Assembly: GCA_039815185.1 (NCBI GenBank)
Contig: JBCBZT010000025.1
Location: 1 to 64,000, forward strand
Direction: 5' to 3'
Source: Cyanobacteria bacterium P01_A01_bin.123
Lineage (GTDB): Bacteria; Cyanobacteriota; Cyanobacteriia; Phormidesmidales; Phormidesmidaceae
DNA length: 64,000 nt
Position 1 is the stretch's first letter; each line of letters opens with the position of its first letter. The translations under genes were made by a program, and so were the position numbers. Below the pieces are notes generated by a model. That model was not told the DNA's origin, searched no databases, and saw only the letters and a program-made list of their open reading frames with translations. This document shows, piece after piece, positions 10,695 through 20,721 of this stretch.

Positions 10695-11048
10695 ATGATG
10701 GCTCAGCAAACTTTTCACCCAACTGAGAAAGCACCTTGGCAAGCTTTAACTCAGTTTCCAGGTACCCAAATCTTACCATTAGCAGAACCAGTCCCCCAAG
10801 GCTCTATTCATCGCTTACAAATGGCGAAGGGAACTGTTATTCCAGCCCATACACACCCCTGTGATGAGTATGTCTATGTGTTGAGTGGAACTGTCGAAAC
10901 CGGAGGACATCAGTGTGAAGCCGATACATTTTGGCATACGCCTGCTGGCGTGAAACAAGGCCCTCACGAAGCGATGACTGATGTTGAGTTACTAACCATT
11001 CGCTTGGGAGTAATAGGGAATTTTGAAGATTCCCCAAGGAGAACATAA
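10695..11048 (+). CDS. cupin-domain protein (ChrR-like)
   Basis: PAHTHPCDEYVYVLSG and TPAGVKQGPH cupin motifs. Confidence 0.8.
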   Translation: MMAQQTFHPTEKAPWQALTQFPGTQILPLAEPVPQGSIHRLQMAKGTVIPAHTHPCDEYVYVLSGTVETGGHQCEADTFWHTPAGVKQGPHEAMTDVELLTIRLGVIGNFEDSPRRT

Positions 11049-11173
11049 CTATCAAGCCCTGGGTCGATTCTGATTTTTACATTGCGATAAGCACACTGCT
11101 GGAGCATTTATAAAAATAGGTCGATGTTTTTATTAAAAGCTTAATGTAGGCATATTTATGAGTTGGAGTTTCT

Positions 11174-11815
11174 ATGCTGAAGTTTTACTACAATCCAATT
11201 TCTGTTAATGCTCGCCGAGTCTGGGTTGCCCTTTTAGAGAAGCAAATTCCCTTTGAGTTAATTTTAGTCAATTTAGATGGGGATCAGTTTCATGACAGTT
11301 TCACAGCCATCAATCCACTCCAGCGAATTCCTGTAGTCGTCGATAACGGATTCCGAATTGTGGAATCATTGGCAATTCTAGACTACCTAGAGGCAAACCA
11401 TCCAACGCCTTCACTTATTCCTAGCAATCCTGAAGCGATCGCGTTGGTACGCATGATTGAAACCATCACGGTTGTTGATCTCCAACCCCTGACAATTTAT
11501 TTAAGTCGGCAACTCGTTGGATTAGATATTAATCCTCAGAAACTTGAAGCTGCTCAACAACGAGTCACTATCATTTTGCAGTTCTTTGAAAAATTACTTG
11601 GGGAGAAAACTTATTTCATCGGAGAAGAATTTACCCTTGCAGACATTGTGGCTGGAACCCTATTGCCATCGTTGCCTCTAGAAAATTACCCGCACTTGAG
11701 CGCTTGGGCAGAACGGCTCAAGCAACGAGAGAGTTGGCAAAAAACTGAGGCATCTCCCGCAACAATTCAAGCAGCAGTTCCCTATATCCGAGAAATTTTA
11801 GAACGCCGATCATAA
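11174..11815 (+). CDS. glutathione S-transferase
   Basis: INPLQRIPVV, ESLAILDYL, FTLADI motifs. Confidence 0.92.
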   Translation: MLKFYYNPISVNARRVWVALLEKQIPFELILVNLDGDQFHDSFTAINPLQRIPVVVDNGFRIVESLAILDYLEANHPTPSLIPSNPEAIALVRMIETITVVDLQPLTIYLSRQLVGLDINPQKLEAAQQRVTIILQFFEKLLGEKTYFIGEEFTLADIVAGTLLPSLPLENYPHLSAWAERLKQRESWQKTEASPATIQAAVPYIREILERRS

Positions 11816-11838
11816 AGCATTTAACGGAGATAATCACG

Positions 11839-12879
11839 ATGAATATTCTCGTCATTGGGGGCACTAACTTTATTGGCCCCTATGTCATCCGTCAGCTCTC
11901 TGAGCAAGGACACCAGGTCACCGTTTTCCATCGCGGGCAAACCCAGGCAGATTTACCGGCCAGCGTGCAGCATCTATATGGCGATCGCGCTCAACTGCAC
12001 CACCATCGTGACGCCTTTTATAAACTGGCCCCTGAAGTCGTGTTGGATATGATTGCCTACACCCAAGCCGAAGCCGAGGCTGTGGTTGAGTTATTCAAAG
12101 GGCACGCCCGAAGAACCGTCGTCATTAGCAGTCAGGATGTCTACCGAGCCCGAGATATTGTTTGGCAAGTCGAAACTGGCGTGCTTGACCCGGTGCCGTT
12201 GACGGAAGATTCGCCGCTGCGATCGCAGCTTTATCCCTATCGCGACTTACCTGAAGTGCGCGGCAGCATGCCTGCCGACTACGAGAAAATTTTGGTTGAA
12301 CAGACCTACCAAAGTGAGCCCGATTTACCCACTACCGTATTGCGCCTACCCATGGTTTACGGCCCTGGTGACTACCGACGGCGTCCACAGGCTTACCTCA
12401 AACGGATGGCTGATCACCGCCCTGCCATTGTGTTAGAAACGAGCTTGGCTCACTGGCACGGGAGCTATGGCTATATCAACAACGTTGCCGACGCGATCGC
12501 CCTAGCAGTCATCGATCAACGCGCCGCTGGACGCGTCTACAATATTGCTGAACCTGACAGTCTCTCAGAAGCAGACTTGATCAGGGCCATCGGTGAACAA
12601 GTTGGCTGGACGGGAAAAGTCGTTGGCGTACCCGCATCACAGATGCCAGAGTCTTGGGAAATGAAGGTAAATGCGGCGCAGCACTGGACCACAGACTCAA
12701 CACGTATTCGCCAAGAACTGGGATTTGCCGAAAAAATTAGCCGTACAGAAGCCCTACGACGCACCATTGCTTGGGAACAAACAGCCACCCAGGCTGGTGT
12801 TGTTCATAATCGAACCCTGTTGAACTACGCTGATGAAGACAAACTGCTGACATCTCTATGGCAGTCACCCACAAAATAA
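11839..12879 (+). CDS. NAD-dependent epimerase/dehydratase family protein
   Basis: ILVIGGTNFIG Rossmann motif, YEK, LRLPMVYGPGD. Confidence 0.88.
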   Translation: MNILVIGGTNFIGPYVIRQLSEQGHQVTVFHRGQTQADLPASVQHLYGDRAQLHHHRDAFYKLAPEVVLDMIAYTQAEAEAVVELFKGHARRTVVISSQDVYRARDIVWQVETGVLDPVPLTEDSPLRSQLYPYRDLPEVRGSMPADYEKILVEQTYQSEPDLPTTVLRLPMVYGPGDYRRRPQAYLKRMADHRPAIVLETSLAHWHGSYGYINNVADAIALAVIDQRAAGRVYNIAEPDSLSEADLIRAIGEQVGWTGKVVGVPASQMPESWEMKVNAAQHWTTDSTRIRQELGFAEKISRTEALRRTIAWEQTATQAGVVHNRTLLNYADEDKLLTSLWQSPTK

Positions 12880-12894
12880 AGCTTGAGGATAAGC

Positions 12895-13527
12895 CTACTT
12901 CATCAACTCAGCCTCTTTTCTAATGACAGGAAACGATTGATGCACTAGCGGTTGATTTAAAAACGGGCAAAGTTTTGACCACCCTTCCCCTGCACAAATG
13001 TCTAGTACGAGTAAATCATCCGATCGCGCCTTGAAATAATCTAAAACATTGTGGTGGTGTAAATCATAAACATAGGAAGCACGAGCATGATTAAACTCGT
13101 AGCATCCGTATACGATTGCCCGCAAGATTCGTAGAATTTCCCCGTGTATTTGAAGCTTTGTTTTAGCATTGAGGGTTCCTAGCGATCGCTGGCATAGCTG
13201 AGCCGAATGTGCTTCTGGAAAGGATGGATAATCGCGCCAGTGAACCTCTAGCGATCGCAGCCAGTCCGCTTTGTTACGCACCGTCAAAATAAATTTGCTG
13301 CCTGGGAACAAACGATCAAGCTGAGCATAAAAGGCTGAAACAGTAATATCAGTCAACCCATCATACTGTTCAAGCAACGGAAACTGGCAGTGACCTTCTA
13401 TTAGCGTTTCCAGGGTGCCAACATCTTCTGGATAATGAATAACCTTAAAACCCAGGTCATTTAAGGCTTGAGTTAGACTTTTAGTCCCTGTCCGGCTCAA
13501 TCCAATACCAAAAACCTTTGGCTTCAT
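12895..13527 (-). CDS. sulfotransferase family protein (Sulfotransfer_4-like)
   Basis: VFGIGLSRTGTKSL PAPS loop, KFILTVR...WLRS, EGWSKLCPFL. Confidence 0.85.
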   Translation of the reverse strand: MKPKVFGIGLSRTGTKSLTQALNDLGFKVIHYPEDVGTLETLIEGHCQFPLLEQYDGLTDITVSAFYAQLDRLFPGSKFILTVRNKADWLRSLEVHWRDYPSFPEAHSAQLCQRSLGTLNAKTKLQIHGEILRILRAIVYGCYEFNHARASYVYDLHHHNVLDYFKARSDDLLVLDICAGEGWSKLCPFLNQPLVHQSFPVIRKEAELMK

Positions 13528-13577
13528 AATTAAGCGTCAACTATTTCCCATGCAAATTAGTAAGCAATTAGTAACCG

Positions 13578-14570
13578 TTAAAAGTGTCCCTGAATTAAGG
13601 CGTGTGTCCAAGATTCTCCTAGCCAACGCTGTAGAACTTTACGGTTGTCAAAGGCAGATCGATTGATGGAGACTAACCAATCCGATCGTAAATAGTACTT
13701 CCAACGACACCTCGCAACAAATTCATAAATTCCAGGGTACTCATCTACTAAAGAGCGAATCAAGTGTTTTAGAAAAGGCTGATCATAGGTTGGTGGGTAG
13801 GGCCAAGTATGATGTAGAAAATATGGCAGGGAAGATTCCTTTAAAGGTTCATATTTTACCCAATAGTTATAGTTTTGATCTAGCACATCATAAGATAAGC
13901 CCATTTTGATGACTGCAACCGATAAACTCACCTGCTCGCGAAAGTAAGGATTATCCTGCATGACATTAGACCGGTCAATCTGATGAAAGCAATTTAACCA
14001 TTCTTGATATAAATCTTGAGCTAAGTCTGCATTAACTGCGACAAACCCTGAATTAAAATAAGGAGGCTGTAGTTCATTTGAAAATAAAGTTTTCATGGTG
14101 TTTTGTGGCGATGATAACCCAAAAATCTGATAAACTTTTTCCCAATTTCTACCAGTCGCTCGAAAAGTTGGTGCAGCATTAAATTGGTTGCGAAACCTGG
14201 GTTCATGCCCAAACTCTTGAAGACATAATAAATCTGAATCCAGAAAAACAAGCTTGTCCATTTGGGTCGGAATTTGTAGACAGTAAATCTTATTCGTTAG
14301 CTGATCGCCTTTCTTCTGAATGATTATCGGGTTTTCGATATATTCGACACGAACCCCCATCTTCTGTAGTATCTTGAGCGTTTTAACACTCGGCTTTCCC
14401 CAAGTCTTTTCAGGCAAAGGAATAGCAGCAATCAACTCGTAAGTACACTTCAAGAACCGTTTGAGGGACGCTGCCAGCAATAAGGCCATGCCTTCTAACG
14501 CGTGTTGTTGACATACAAAAACAAAAGCATAGCTTTGATCTACGCTAGCTTGGATATGCTTGCTCATCAA
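13578..14570 (-). CDS. GT-A fold glycosyltransferase (GT8-like)
   Basis: FLDSDLL DxD motif, YFNSGFV, EQVSLS, YNY. Confidence 0.65.
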   Translation of the reverse strand: MMSKHIQASVDQSYAFVFVCQQHALEGMALLLAASLKRFLKCTYELIAAIPLPEKTWGKPSVKTLKILQKMGVRVEYIENPIIIQKKGDQLTNKIYCLQIPTQMDKLVFLDSDLLCLQEFGHEPRFRNQFNAAPTFRATGRNWEKVYQIFGLSSPQNTMKTLFSNELQPPYFNSGFVAVNADLAQDLYQEWLNCFHQIDRSNVMQDNPYFREQVSLSVAVIKMGLSYDVLDQNYNYWVKYEPLKESSLPYFLHHTWPYPPTYDQPFLKHLIRSLVDEYPGIYEFVARCRWKYYLRSDWLVSINRSAFDNRKVLQRWLGESWTHALIQGHF

Positions 14571-14592
14571 ATCACCTATAATTGCTTAAGAT

Positions 14593-15192
14593 CTACTTGC
14601 TTAACTTCGGTTCAGGGTAAAAATCTGTACGTCGATTTAAGTGTGGAAAAGGCGTATCAGGAATGGGAATCTCCAAAAAGGGACATAACTTTTCCCAGCC
14701 ATCGCCTTCTGTAATGCTCATTTCCAATAAATCATTTGGGCGATCCTTAAAGTATCGCCTGACATCTTCGTGGTACCGATGATAGGCAATAACAAACTTC
14801 TCACGATCGAAGGTGACGCTTTCATACATCAACATGCGACGTAAGATAGCAATGTCTACATCAGTTGCTGGATACTTGGTATAAATAAATTCGGCAGAAG
14901 CCAGCCAAGACTCGAGATCGCGCGTACATAGAACGAATTTAGAATTGGGGTATTTATAATCCAAATATTTGTAATAGATAACACATCCAGCATCAGAAGC
15001 GGCATCCAGATCAACCAGATGTTCAAAACGAGGATTGTGTTTGACTCGTTTATACCCGAGTAGCTTAATAGCCTTACAAAACGTTTTGGTACCTGTTCGG
15101 GGAAGTCCAATATCCCAAACTTTGTGTCGAACCTGATCTTGTTGCATTAGATGCGCTTGTTCCGCTACCAAACCCATAAATTCCTCACTCAA
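14593..15192 (-). CDS. sulfotransferase family protein (Sulfotransfer_4-like)
   Basis: IGLPRTGTKTF, KFVLCTRDLESWLAS, GDGWEKLCPFL...PFPHLN; start codon uncertain. Confidence 0.85.
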   Translation of the reverse strand: MSEEFMGLVAEQAHLMQQDQVRHKVWDIGLPRTGTKTFCKAIKLLGYKRVKHNPRFEHLVDLDAASDAGCVIYYKYLDYKYPNSKFVLCTRDLESWLASAEFIYTKYPATDVDIAILRRMLMYESVTFDREKFVIAYHRYHEDVRRYFKDRPNDLLEMSITEGDGWEKLCPFLEIPIPDTPFPHLNRRTDFYPEPKLSK

Positions 15193-15332
15193 TATCAGCA
15201 GAGATGCTATCTAAGCCTCTAAGTACAGTCTGGCTCTACACTGAATCTGCCTGATCTGATAATCATCAGGCAACACCGTGCATACTGTGCCCAAACAAAA
15301 GTGATTGGTAACGCAATGCCTATAATGAGCGG

Positions 15333-15440
15333 CTAGTACTCTGAGGCGGAAGTTAGCCAACTATTCAAGTTCGCTACGACTTGGCGCAGCAGCAGCCAGA
15401 ATCTCAGAACGGTAGGGTTATTTCTGCCCTAGAGTACTAG
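15333..15440. repeat. 108-bp MITE-like hairpin element with CTAG ends
   Basis: Left arm CTAGTACTCTGAGGCGGAAGTTAGCCAACTATTC versus reverse complement of right arm CTAGTACTCTAGGGCAGAAATAACCCTACCGTTC. Confidence 0.65.
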
Positions 15441-15673
15441 TGACTCTGATTTTCACCATATGTCTGCCCCAATATTCCTCAGCGACAACTTTTTTTCGGC
15501 AAATATACTGAAAATCTCAAGTAAAAGTGCTGAACTAGTGAATTTACTAGCTCGAGAAATTAATAAAAGATTAAACGGCCCCTTTTCGGGTTACGCATCA
15601 TTTAACAAAAGTTAACGATATCCTGCCAACCTTTTACCGCTGTCCCAAAGCGAGTTGTTGTACCTCAATCCAC

Positions 15674-17509
15674 ATGCGCCAACACAATCCATCGCCTCGC
15701 CGCCAAACCCGCTTCTTTCAACTTCTGGCAAGTACACCTCGATTATTGAACTTAGTTTGGCAGGCAGCACCCATCTGGTTATTGATGACCGTAGGGTTGA
15801 CCCTGTTTGCATCTTTGATACCTGTTGTGTGGCTATATCTAAATAAGCTCATTATTGACTGGATTACAACTTCAATAAATACGGAACAAATCGATTGGAA
15901 AATTCTAATTTTGTTGATAGGACTTAGATTTATTGTAGCTTCATCGCGAGACGCGCTCAATGAATTACGGCCTTATGTATCACAGACCCTAAGCGATCGC
16001 TTTGGGTTATATGCCAATCAAAAGCTCCTAGAGCAAGCCCTGAAGTTAGATCTGGCACACTTTGAATCTTCACAGTTCCAAGAAGCGTTAAGTCGGGCTC
16101 AGCAAAGTGGCAGCACCTATCCAGTTAGAGCACTAGGAAATCTCACAACTATCCTAGGTCAGGGCATTAACTTACTTGGAGTATTGGCTTTATTAGTAAG
16201 TTTCAACCCAGCAATTATTTTACTACTCCTGCTCACGTCTTTACCCACCCTGCGAGTCGGGGTTAGCTTTTCTAATAAAAAATTTGCCCTAACTCGAAAG
16301 AGAACCTTAAGCAGTCGCCTTGCTGCCTATTTTCAAAGATTGATCACTCACCAAGATTTTGCCAAGGAAGTTCGGCTATTTAATCTCGGCAGTTATCTGA
16401 TTCAAGAATGGCAGCAAATTAACACGCTTCATAACCAAGAGGTCAGGCAGCTATCATTTCGCCGCTCAAGAGCCAGGTTTTTAGTCAGCCTGTTGCCTAG
16501 TATTGGATTTTATGGTGCCTATATATGGGTCATCTATCAAGCCATCAATGGCGACATTACCTTAGGTGACTTGATTATGTACTCGGGTGCTTTCTCACAA
16601 GCTCAGAGCTTATTAAATGGTATTACCGAAAATCTGGCCACAACCTACGAGTCTAATTTGTATGTTTCTCAATACTTTGATTTTCTAAAGCTAAAACCAC
16701 AGATTGTCAACCCACGTAAGCCTGAACCCTTTCCTAATCCGATCCAAAAAGAGATTAGACTGAATCATGTCAAATTTTCCTATCCTGAATCCCAGTATCC
16801 AGTTCTAAACGACTTAAGTCTAACGATCTATCCGGGTGAAAGTATTGCCGTTGTAGGTGTTAATGGTGCTGGCAAAACAACCTTAGTGAAACTGCTGACT
16901 CGGCTATATGATGCCAGTTCTGGAGAAATTTATATTGATAATATTCCGATTCAAGCATTTGATTTAACTCAACTGCGCCACAACATAGCCGTTCTATTTC
17001 AAGATTTTGCAAAATATAAGCTGAGCATTCAAGAAAATATTGGCTTTGGCAATATCGAAACCCTATCAGACCAAGAACGTATCGGCAAAGCCGCATCCGA
17101 GGCAGGCGCAGCAGCCTTTATTCAATCGCTCGAAGCAGGATATCAAGCTAAATTAGGCAACTTATTTCCAGGGGGGCAAGAGCTATCGGGTGGACAATGG
17201 CAAAAGATTGGTTTGGCCAGGGCTTTTATGAGCCAGGCGCAAATCTTGATCTTAGATGAACCAACTGCTTCAATCGATGCGATCGCTGAGTTTGAGCTGT
17301 TTAAGCAGTTTCGCCAGCTGACCCAAGGCCGCACCACAATTTTCATCAGCCACCGCTTCTCCTCGGTTCGCTTAGCCAATCGGATTGTGGTGTTAGATCA
17401 AGGGCGGGTGGCTGAAATCGGTAGCCACGAACAGCTCATGACCAACCAAGGCCTTTATGCTCATATGTTCCAATTGCAAGCCGAAGGGTATCAAATGGAG
17501 AGTCTTTGA
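15674..17509 (+). CDS. ABC exporter, fused permease/ATPase
   Basis: N-terminal TM domain, Walker A GVNGAGKT, signature LSGGQWQ, Walker B ILILDEPT. Confidence 0.93.
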   Translation: MRQHNPSPRRQTRFFQLLASTPRLLNLVWQAAPIWLLMTVGLTLFASLIPVVWLYLNKLIIDWITTSINTEQIDWKILILLIGLRFIVASSRDALNELRPYVSQTLSDRFGLYANQKLLEQALKLDLAHFESSQFQEALSRAQQSGSTYPVRALGNLTTILGQGINLLGVLALLVSFNPAIILLLLLTSLPTLRVGVSFSNKKFALTRKRTLSSRLAAYFQRLITHQDFAKEVRLFNLGSYLIQEWQQINTLHNQEVRQLSFRRSRARFLVSLLPSIGFYGAYIWVIYQAINGDITLGDLIMYSGAFSQAQSLLNGITENLATTYESNLYVSQYFDFLKLKPQIVNPRKPEPFPNPIQKEIRLNHVKFSYPESQYPVLNDLSLTIYPGESIAVVGVNGAGKTTLVKLLTRLYDASSGEIYIDNIPIQAFDLTQLRHNIAVLFQDFAKYKLSIQENIGFGNIETLSDQERIGKAASEAGAAAFIQSLEAGYQAKLGNLFPGGQELSGGQWQKIGLARAFMSQAQILILDEPTASIDAIAEFELFKQFRQLTQGRTTIFISHRFSSVRLANRIVVLDQGRVAEIGSHEQLMTNQGLYAHMFQLQAEGYQMESL

Positions 17510-18423
17510 ATAGTCTCGGCTTGTGTCGCAAAATGTCGCAAGACGTCTTGACTTCGCAATCGATAGACTAGCTGACTAGTGTCACCTTCACGCTGCAAAA
17601 GGCTCTTGTCTACAAGCTGTTTGAGATCGCGCTGTAGGGTTCGACGTGAGGGCTGAGGGCAAAGTGATTCGAATTGTTGGATGGTCAGACTGTCATGTTC
17701 TAATACGTAAGCCATAGCCACCTGCTGACGTGGATTTAAGCCATGCTGTTGGGTAATGTTAGCCACCTGCTGGTCAACGATATCTGTTGAAGACAAGGCG
17801 CGATCGCCCATGTGGGGTTGCAGGTAGTTCAGCAAGAGGTCTCTAACTTCTTGGTAGAGTTGATTGCGGCGGTTTTCATCGCTCCTCAATGCCACCAGCA
17901 GTACCGAATTATAGGCTTGGACACAGACCTCAGCGATGAGTTCACTTTTTTCCACTGACAGTGCTGGATTATGCAGCCGCAACATCCCTGCAAAACGACG
18001 CGCATAGCCATAGGTAACGCTGTCGTCAAAATAAGCAAACATCTCTGGAGTCAGAAAATACTGGTTAAAAACGACCCTAGGCCCTGGATCTTCAAAATAC
18101 TCAGCAAAAATCATGACAAATTGCTGAATCACAACGATCAAGGGCTGCTGCATAAACTCAGGCGTCATCAGCCGCCCATGAATCTCATCAACCCTTTGAT
18201 GATGACGCTTCTCAAGGGCATGAAAAATAGCAAGTTTGTTGGGGAAAAACCGATAGATTGTGCCAACGGCAGTTTGAGCTTGCCTAGCAATATCGTGGGT
18301 TGATGCCGCGTCGTAGCCCATTTCCCAAAATACCTCGGCTGCCGCTTTAAGAATTTGCTCAACCCTTTCCTGGCTACGCTTTTGCTGTGGCTGACGACGA
18401 AGTATTGGCTTGTTGGATGACAT
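17491..18423 (-). CDS. TetR/AcrR regulator with extra C-terminal winged-HTH
   Basis: RSQERVEQILKAA...GTIYRFFPNK N-terminal HTH; C-terminal LNPRQ...SRRTLQRDLKQLV..LL. Confidence 0.85.
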   Translation of the reverse strand: MSSNKPILRRQPQQKRSQERVEQILKAAAEVFWEMGYDAASTHDIARQAQTAVGTIYRFFPNKLAIFHALEKRHHQRVDEIHGRLMTPEFMQQPLIVVIQQFVMIFAEYFEDPGPRVVFNQYFLTPEMFAYFDDSVTYGYARRFAGMLRLHNPALSVEKSELIAEVCVQAYNSVLLVALRSDENRRNQLYQEVRDLLLNYLQPHMGDRALSSTDIVDQQVANITQQHGLNPRQQVAMAYVLEHDSLTIQQFESLCPQPSRRTLQRDLKQLVDKSLLQREGDTSQLVYRLRSQDVLRHFATQAETIQRLSI

Positions 18424-18623
18424 AAACCCCTTGACAAACTGAAAATTTGTAGTCTAAGTATAGATAAAGGTGAATTTTTTGTCGGGTTTTTCAGTGGCCT
18501 ACTGAATTTGTTAGGTCGTTGTACACCCTTCCTATGGTTTTTGAGCCCGTTGCGTGTGTCTGTTGACTCATTGCAGTGGGCATACGACTAACGATACCAA
18601 CCATTTAGCAAGGAGTTTTCGCA

Positions 18624-19625
18624 ATGTCGATGCTTGCTGGTGCGCCGTGGCTATTGGCGCACAAGTCGATGCTGTCTGTAAATCAGCCGTTTAAAGTTTC
18701 GCTTTATGAACAAGACTACGTGTTATGGAAGGACCGCAACAACGACATTCATGCCCTACCCAATGTCTGTCCTCACATGGGGGCCATGCTCTCTGAAGGA
18801 TGGTGCGAAGTCCAGGCTGACGGTTCGAGTAAAGTAGTTTGTCCTTTTCACGCGTTAGAGTTTGACGCTGAAGGGTGTACGGTTTTACCAGGTTCAAATA
18901 AGAAAACGAATAAGAAAACGAAATCACAACTCAAACCTTTAGAACTCATTGTTCAAGGCGACTTCGTCTGGTCTTACGGTGACGCAGAGCCTAAGTTACC
19001 GATTCCTACCGCCCTCAATCAAATTGCAGCGGACTATGAGTTAGTCGGGGCGACGGCTGATATGTCTGTCGAGACGCAGCTAATGCCAATGCTGCTCAAC
19101 ATGCACGATTATAACCACCAGAACGGCACCCATCGGGACTTGTTTCGCATCGAAGAAGTCCAGTTTGATCAGTTTATTGACCAAGGTCATTATTCAGAAG
19201 CCTTCTTTGAAGCGCCAACTGCCTCTCCTACCTGGCGTGAGATTGTCCGAAATCCGGCTGTGTTAACGATGCCCAAGGTTCTGAAGGCCCATTTAGAAAA
19301 TCATTTCCCCTCCTTAGTTATCTTTCATGGTGAAAGTGCAGTAGGTACCATCGCCCAATGCCATCTATTTGTGCCGGAGTCATTTGAGCGGACTCGAACC
19401 TATATTCTTTTATTTGCAAAGCCGAAATCGCCAGTCTTTCGGCTGATGAAAAGCGTGTTTTTGAACTTGAGTAAAACGGTTGTTGAGCAAGATGCCGATA
19501 TCTTGGCCAAGCTATACCCGGATCAACCCCAAAACATTAAGCTTAACAACGAGGTCGGGATGGACTGGGTGCGTCGTAATTTTGAGAGTTGGCCCACTGT
19601 AGTTGAACCCAATCTGTCGCGATAG
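18624..19625 (+). CDS. Rieske non-heme iron oxygenase (VanA/CAO-like fold)
   Basis: CPHMG...CPFH Rieske ligands; N..D..H....H mononuclear iron motif (NMHDYNHQNGTH); AAGGAG RBS. Confidence 0.88.
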   Translation: MSMLAGAPWLLAHKSMLSVNQPFKVSLYEQDYVLWKDRNNDIHALPNVCPHMGAMLSEGWCEVQADGSSKVVCPFHALEFDAEGCTVLPGSNKKTNKKTKSQLKPLELIVQGDFVWSYGDAEPKLPIPTALNQIAADYELVGATADMSVETQLMPMLLNMHDYNHQNGTHRDLFRIEEVQFDQFIDQGHYSEAFFEAPTASPTWREIVRNPAVLTMPKVLKAHLENHFPSLVIFHGESAVGTIAQCHLFVPESFERTRTYILLFAKPKSPVFRLMKSVFLNLSKTVVEQDADILAKLYPDQPQNIKLNNEVGMDWVRRNFESWPTVVEPNLSR

Positions 19626-19801
19626 CATAATTTTCGAGCGTCAAAAAATTGCGTTTAGAGAGTCTATCTAGGCATAACATAGCTGTCCTACAAACCAAAG
19701 TTGGCTCAGCAACCCAGGCTGTTAGTTCATTTGAGGCATGGGCAAGATAGGGATATCCGTAAAAAATCACATCCCTGCATCTTGCGGCACTGGGGCTAGC
19801 T

Positions 19802-20689
19802 ATGTTGAAAAGACGCCATTTTGTGACCTACAGTTTATTTTTTTTGGGTGGTTGTACCTTTGCCCAAACTGCTGGACGTCAATCAGCTAACCAGGATAAC
19901 CGCCCTGAGAGATTAAAATTTGCCGTCACTGATATCAATGGCCTAGACCAACTAGAACAAGATTTCGGCGCATTTGGCCAGGCACTATCAGAGCTGTTAG
20001 ACATTCCGATCGAGCTATATCCGGTCGAAAACTATTCCGCTGCTGCACCAGCTCTATTGGCTAATGAGCTTGACCTGGCTTTTGCTGGGCCATCTGAGTA
20101 TTTGCTGTTGCGGGCGCGCGCTAACGCGGTTCCGATTATTGGAGTGACTCGCCCTAACTACTACTCAGTAATCATGAGTCGTACTGATAGGGGTATCGAA
20201 ACCTTAGCGGATCTTAAAGATAAACGTATTGCCATGCGTACAGAAGGCTCTACAGCTGGCCATATTGTGCCTGCGAAGTTGTTACTGGATGCAGGTGTTG
20301 ATCCCGGTAATTATGAAATTTTAATGCTTGATGAAGCAGGATTTGAAGCATTACGCACTAGTAAAGTTGATGCTTGGGCAGATTCTTACAGCCGATATGT
20401 TGAATATGTGCAAGAACCAGGACTAGAAGACACAGAGATTAAGGTACTTGCCAAAAGCGAGAATCTTCCTCCGGACATCTTCGTCGTCAATCCGAGTCTT
20501 GGTGACACTTTTATTGCAGAGTTACAATCACAAATTCTCAACCATAAAGAACGTCTATTAACCGCTTTAGTTGCTTCTGAGGCGAATCAAAAGTACACAA
20601 CATCGCAAATGGTTTTTGCTCAAGATGCGGATTATCAAGAACTCCGCGATATGTACTACGCCATTGGCCAGGGCTCTGCCATTGAGTAA
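19802..20689 (+). CDS. PhnD/PtxB-family substrate-binding lipoprotein
   Basis: KRRHF...LGGC signal; LDLAFAGPSEY, GSTAGHIVP motifs. Confidence 0.82.
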   Translation: MLKRRHFVTYSLFFLGGCTFAQTAGRQSANQDNRPERLKFAVTDINGLDQLEQDFGAFGQALSELLDIPIELYPVENYSAAAPALLANELDLAFAGPSEYLLLRARANAVPIIGVTRPNYYSVIMSRTDRGIETLADLKDKRIAMRTEGSTAGHIVPAKLLLDAGVDPGNYEILMLDEAGFEALRTSKVDAWADSYSRYVEYVQEPGLEDTEIKVLAKSENLPPDIFVVNPSLGDTFIAELQSQILNHKERLLTALVASEANQKYTTSQMVFAQDADYQELRDMYYAIGQGSAIE

Positions 20690-20721
20690 CTATCCTCCCA
20701 AGCGCTGGAACATGTTGATCT

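Noticed and set aside
15193..15673. RiPP precursor peptide beside the ABC exporter
   Set aside because: Only very short ORFs without RBS or leader motifs were found by eye
17523..17539. TGTCGCAAAATGTCGCA repeat at the TetR 3' end as an operator
   Set aside because: Lies in coding sequence between convergent genes with no promoter to control
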